In this document: positions 23,201 through 26,268 of the stretch, piece after piece
Layout: the number at the start of each line of letters is the position of its first letter
Numbering within the stretch: position 1 is the first letter of the stretch
Source: Macrostomum lignano
Lineage: Eukaryota
DNA length: 26,268 nt
Assembly (NCBI GenBank): GCA_002269645.1
Contig: NIVC01005101.1
Span: forward strand, 1-26,268
Direction: 5' to 3'
Translations under genes and position numbers: made by a program
The notes under the pieces: generated by a model
What the model saw: the letters and a program-made list of their open reading frames with translations, nothing else
Database searches by the model: none
What the model was told of the DNA's origin: nothing

Positions 23201-26200
23201 CGGCAGCAGCTCAAAATGCCCACAGTTGGTTTTCGACATCATTAGTAAGTTGCTGGCTGCGATTTCCAACCGAATGCTGTAATCGCGATAAAAGTTTTGA
23301 CACTTTTCAGATGACCGTTACATGGGTTTCTGGACTGCGCCCGGCTGGTTCAACAAAGATTACATCGAGGTAAAGCAGAGAATCGATCAAACTGAAATAT
23401 CAACAGTTTGTAAAAATTTAATTCATTGTTCAATTTCAGGCCATTTTTCGGTTCCCAGTCACTGTGTTCTTTGTTCCATGCAAGGCGGCACCGACAGAAC
23501 TGCAATGCTGAAGGACACGTCAGCCTGGGTTGTGGATGCTGTACTGCACTTTTCAACCGATGGCAGAGGCTACATGAAGCATCCGACAGTGAGTCTCAAT
23601 TCGCTTTAATATTTTAAATCCAATTCTTTCATTTTAGCTATTTTACTCTTTTAGACAATAACAGGTCCCAGCGCTCCACAGTACGTGAGCTCCCAAGTGC
23701 TGCAGCCCGAGGTTAGCGGCCTGAACTTTCGCCTCTACATTGGCAACTACAAGAAGCGACCTGAGCTGCGTTGGATGCTGTACGGCTGCACAGATGGTGA
23801 GGCTGTCTTTTTAGTTTAGAGTAGGACGAGCGCATCTTGGCGCACTTTAAGCGACATTGTCACACAACCGACAAGGGTTATTACTACTGCCTATTTTGCC
23901 GACTCACCAGAGTAGGCACACAATCGCGCGGATATATACGCAGTAATACGCACAGGCACACACTCACGCAGGAGTGTATAGCGACCCTAACATTATTTAT
24001 TGTTAGACTTGTACAATTCACTGGGCCTTGGTTGTTCGCCCTTAACAGCACCAGTAGACCTAAGCCAAGATTCCAATTTAGCCCTAAATAACGAGTTATA
24101 TGACCGCACTTACACTCGAGCCTGCCACTAGCACATCAGAGCGCCACGCTAGACCACTGGGCTTTTCGTTGTAGAGCACTGTAACATAATTCACCAGTAC
24201 AATCAACTCTTCCCGCAGGTTTGAATCCGCCGCATCGGCCGCAGCCGATACCAATTCACTATAGCCAGGTAGTGACGTCATCCGATCCCAGAGCAAACTT
24301 TCTGTCGGCAGTGGATGGCAACAGAGGTGCAGGTGGCGGATTCTGGGTGAGTTCGGTCCAGCCCAGCTCTCCCGCCTTCATTGGAGTGCTGTTCAGCTCA
24401 AGACGCTTCATCAACTATCTTATAGTGTGGTGCATCAGTTCCGCTACTTCAAAGAGCGCAAGTATGTCGCATTGCTTTGTGAGCAGACTTCATTAAGAAG
24501 CAAAGATTCAGTGTGAAGTAATGACTGTCAACTTGGCTTTTCAGACGATCGCGTGCTCTATCCAGCAACTGTGACCAGCCTGTTCGTCTCGAACTCGAGT
24601 TCCTACTCAGACGGTCGAGTGGTTGACGCCAAGTGGAAGTCATTAATTCCGTTTCCATGGAGGGCCGACGTGAATGAAGTGAGTTGAATTTCTGTTGGGA
24701 GGGCAAGTGCTAGTATTAAGACAAACAAACTTTAACGTTCTCCTCAGCCTGCACTGCATGCCGGAATCGTAGCTCAATGGAATGCAACAGCTTCGTCATC
24801 TGCGTTTCTGCGAGTATATGAAATTGAAGTTTATGGAAATCCATCAGGTCAGTACTATGGTTTTTATGTTCTAAAAATTCGATGCATTTTTCCAAAAAAA
24901 TATCACCTACCTGAGCAGAGCTTGATCAAGATAAAGCACATGGCAACTATGACGTATCGATTGGTATCGGAAATCAACTGCCTGTCACCTGCGCGTTTCA
25001 CGAGGACACGATCGCCTCCAATGGGGACTTCTCCGGCGATGTTTATTCCCTACCGCTGGACTTTCCTGGAGATGAGAGCTTTCACAGCGCTCTCATTCTG
25101 AAGACTTCGGGAATTTTTTATGTGCAACTGCCTCAGATTTTCAGAAATCACGGGGCTCATCATCAGAGGTGCAGCGCTGCGAGCAACTGATCTTCTTGGC
25201 TATGTAACCAGCCTCAGAGTAAAGCACACAGATACCACTGATAAATCTGATTTAAAATCTATCGTCGATCCCCAGAGAGGAACATCAGAGGTGAGTGGAA
25301 AGTGAAAACAGGCTTGTGAAGTATTATTCTTCTTAGTTTTATTGTGAGTTACCGCAACTGACGAACTGAATTTCCTGGCAAAGACGCACTAAATACTATT
25401 TTAGCTCCTCGTACCCGGACCAGAAGATGAGGTCCAGCCAATGCGAAGATATTTTCCCAACCCGGTCCGAGCGAGACTGATGTCTCTGCAGGCTGTGAGA
25501 TTCGAGAAGCGCCCGATGCTGAAACTGGACTTGATTGGATATCCTGACGATCCGGGTAGGTCACAAAAAAGATACTTTACTTTTATTTAAAGTAGAATGT
25601 AAACTTTTCCACCGACGTTCTTCCTTCTTAGCGTGCGAGAACCTCACCAGAATCAGCACTACATCGCATCGTCTCTGAACTCCTCAATGCTAAACTTCGA
25701 GTTTCTGTCCGACTACCACATCAACTTTATTTACATCAATGCGAATTGGCCAGTGCAGTTTTACATCTCAGGCGAAGAACTGGTTGGCGAAAAATTCACT
25801 GTGAATGTCAGCGAAGTCAGCTGGGTGGTAGGAGAACTACGATGCTTTCTATTTATTCTGAAATATTTGTGATGGAGCATCTAATATTTTTCTTTAATAA
25901 TTGCAGTTTGAGACCCACAGGGCGCAAGAAAAACTAGTCATGCCTCATCTGTACCACTTTCGTTGGATGAAACTTCATGTGATTAACGGGAGCTTGGCTC
26001 CCAGCCAGGTGACTCTGAGCGGAGTCGCCTGTCTTGGCTGTCCTGTGAACTTCATTCTCACGCTGGGATCTGCTTTCACTTGTCCAATGTGAAGGCTTTG
26101 TGGGAGTCCGCGCTTCGAATGTGCCAAAGGTTCCACTGGGCTGGTCAGCAGGGCACACTGCTGATGGTGAAGGACCAAACGCTGCTTAACTTTCTTAATA

Positions 26201-26206
26201 TTCTGG
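14282..26206 (+). CDS. Large secreted/surface mosaic lectin-like protein (>1650 aa, 3'-partial) with six +/-1 frameshifts (pseudogene or consensus errors). Exons: 14282-14360, 16194-16498, 17053-17203, 17516-17842, 17890-18019, 18094-18262, 19397-19882, 19968-20072, 20145-20354, 20444-20665, 21498-21770, 22087-22329, 22658-22827, 22905-23244, 23311-23369, 23440-23588, 23655-23796, 24219-24461, 24545-24678, 24748-24847, 24919-25290, 25405-25555, 25632-25827, 25907-26206
   Basis: Signal-peptide-like first exon MYLLWKYPQKPLILLLLLLISCSTLS|G. 24 exons have GT-AG borders whose phases chain once six single-base indels are allowed. Recognisable discoidin, CTL, WSC and fucolectin motifs occur throughout. 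Boundaries of exons 1-2, the 21498 acceptor and the final donor are less certain. Confidence 0.8.
15511..16080 (-). mobile_element. tRNA-derived SINE-like repeat, copy B (interrupted by a TIR element)
   Basis: Box B-like GGCTCGATTCC on the minus strand (16035-16025). 15575-15607 matches 23946-23978 at 32/33. The blocks GCACTTT.AGCGACATTGTCACACA and AAGCC.AGATTCCAATT.AGCCCTAAAT are also shared with copy C. Confidence 0.7.
15683..15969. mobile_element. 287-bp MITE with 25-bp TIRs and TG...CA termini
   Basis: TGCCCCGTTGAAAACGAGGGTTAAT (15683-15707) is the inverse of 15945-15969 with 2 mismatches. It is absent from the homologous position of SINE copy C. Confidence 0.8.
16194..18019 (+). other. 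Two tandem discoidin/F5-8 type C-like domains (coding segment of the mosaic gene)
   Basis: First: VTLRFFLPIRFNLTGLLLRG...RAQLLQV...RRMQMDLMG. Second: CGVIPSEKYSAS...LAISF..YHVTSFALAG...PVRQLRIH...IRGC. Both resemble divergent discoidin strand patterns. Confidence 0.6.
18495..18555 (+). repeat. Possible degenerate tRNA-derived (SINE head) remnant
   Basis: Canonical box B GGGTTCGATCCC at ~18541-18552, with a weak box A-like GCAAATGGTAG about 35 nt upstream. No acceptor stem. Confidence 0.35.
18947..18986. repeat. Short tandem repeat, 14-bp unit AAGTTACACTAGTK x ~3
   Basis: AAGTTACACTAGTT AAGTTACACTAGTG AAGTTACACTTG read directly. Confidence 0.85.
20444..22329 (+). other. Fucolectin/F5-8C-like beta-sandwich, split into two halves by the WSC exon
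   Basis: N-half YWRRVVDLKTDHEIIGFRAF (end of exon 20444-20665). C-half NLTVKVGSS...EC...LQLLCRGRPVGRFVAF...LRLMG (exon 22087-22329). Confidence 0.6.
21498..21770 (+). other. WSC carbohydrate-binding domain encoded by a single 273-nt phase 1-1 exon
   Basis: YIGCFQDSGARDLP...TTVSVCARVC...YFGTQWYAHCFCGNSYGRHG...CNNRCRANPADMCG...NIF carries the eight-Cys WSC pattern. Confidence 0.9.
22658..23244 (+). other. Farnesoic-acid-O-methyltransferase-like (Methyltransf_FA) domain, divergent
   Basis: IDFQAR..SLWVYL...RYELLL..N.S.L...TPDLL...F..VSIAW...ISV...KD...I..AAYS parallels the recalled FAMeT pattern. Assigned from memory only. Confidence 0.5.
23311..25555 (+). other. Three further discoidin/F5-8C/fucolectin-like domains
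   Basis: (a) FW....DYIEAIFRFPVTV..MQGG...WV...HFSTDG...NFRLYI...LRWMLYGC; (b) PIHYSQVVTSS...AVDGN..FWVS..FIGVLF...LRVYEIEVYG; (c) FYVQLP..EITGLIIRG...YVTSLRV...FPNPVRARLM...LKLDLIG. Confidence 0.8.
23841..24165 (-). mobile_element. tRNA-derived SINE-like repeat, copy C (uninterrupted)
   Basis: Minus-strand head AAGCCCAGTGGTCTAGCG (box A-like) followed by GGCTCGAGTG (box B-like). Body is collinear with copy B on both sides of the B insertion. Confidence 0.7.
25632..26206 (+). other. Discoidin-like domain followed by the N-terminal half of C-type lectin-like domain 2
   Basis: MLNFEF..YHINFIYI...VMPHLYHFRWMKLHV, then GCPVNFILTLGS/CFHLSNVKALWESALRMC...TLLMVKD..LLNFL, with a -1 shift at ~26070. 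Confidence 0.7.
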
Positions 26207-26268
26207 GTTGCGTTAATCGTTAAAAATGCCAATCAATTTTTTGCTTCCTATCACCATTTTATCATCAC

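Noticed and set aside
17516-26071. Programmed ribosomal frameshifting as the explanation for the six shifts
   Set aside because: The shifts are a mix of +1 and -1, with no shared slippery heptamer, hungry codon or downstream structure visible.
1-26268. CRISPR arrays, rRNA, bona fide tRNA genes, prokaryotic operons
   Set aside because: There is no regularly spaced repeat-spacer structure or conserved RNA gene signature, and the sequence is intron-containing eukaryotic DNA.

Overview
Eukaryotic (invertebrate animal) genomic DNA with GT-AG introns, GC-rich exons and AT-rich introns. The style would fit a free-living flatworm such as Macrostomum, but that is a guess. Contents in order: (1) the 3' end of a synaptotagmin-type tandem-C2 gene (+, 1-2070); (2) a nested pair of non-autonomous DNA transposons, where a 698-bp foldback element with an 8-bp TSD sits in the right TIR of a ~230-bp MITE; (3) a complete, intact SVOP-like MFS transporter gene (-, 5502-8599); (4) a decayed Ty3/gypsy gag-PR-partial RT fragment (11322-12970); (5) a large 24-exon gene running off the right edge (+, 14282->26206). 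Gene 5 encodes a signal peptide and a mosaic of discoidin/F5-8C-like, C-type lectin, fucolectin-like, WSC and FAMeT-like modules. It carries six single-base frameshifts, has an internally duplicated module, and has a WSC exon that splits a fucolectin-like domain. Three copies of a tRNA-derived SINE-like repeat lie in introns, one interrupted by a 287-bp TIR element. All exon structures were reconstructed by hand and domain names come from recalled motif patterns, not database searches.
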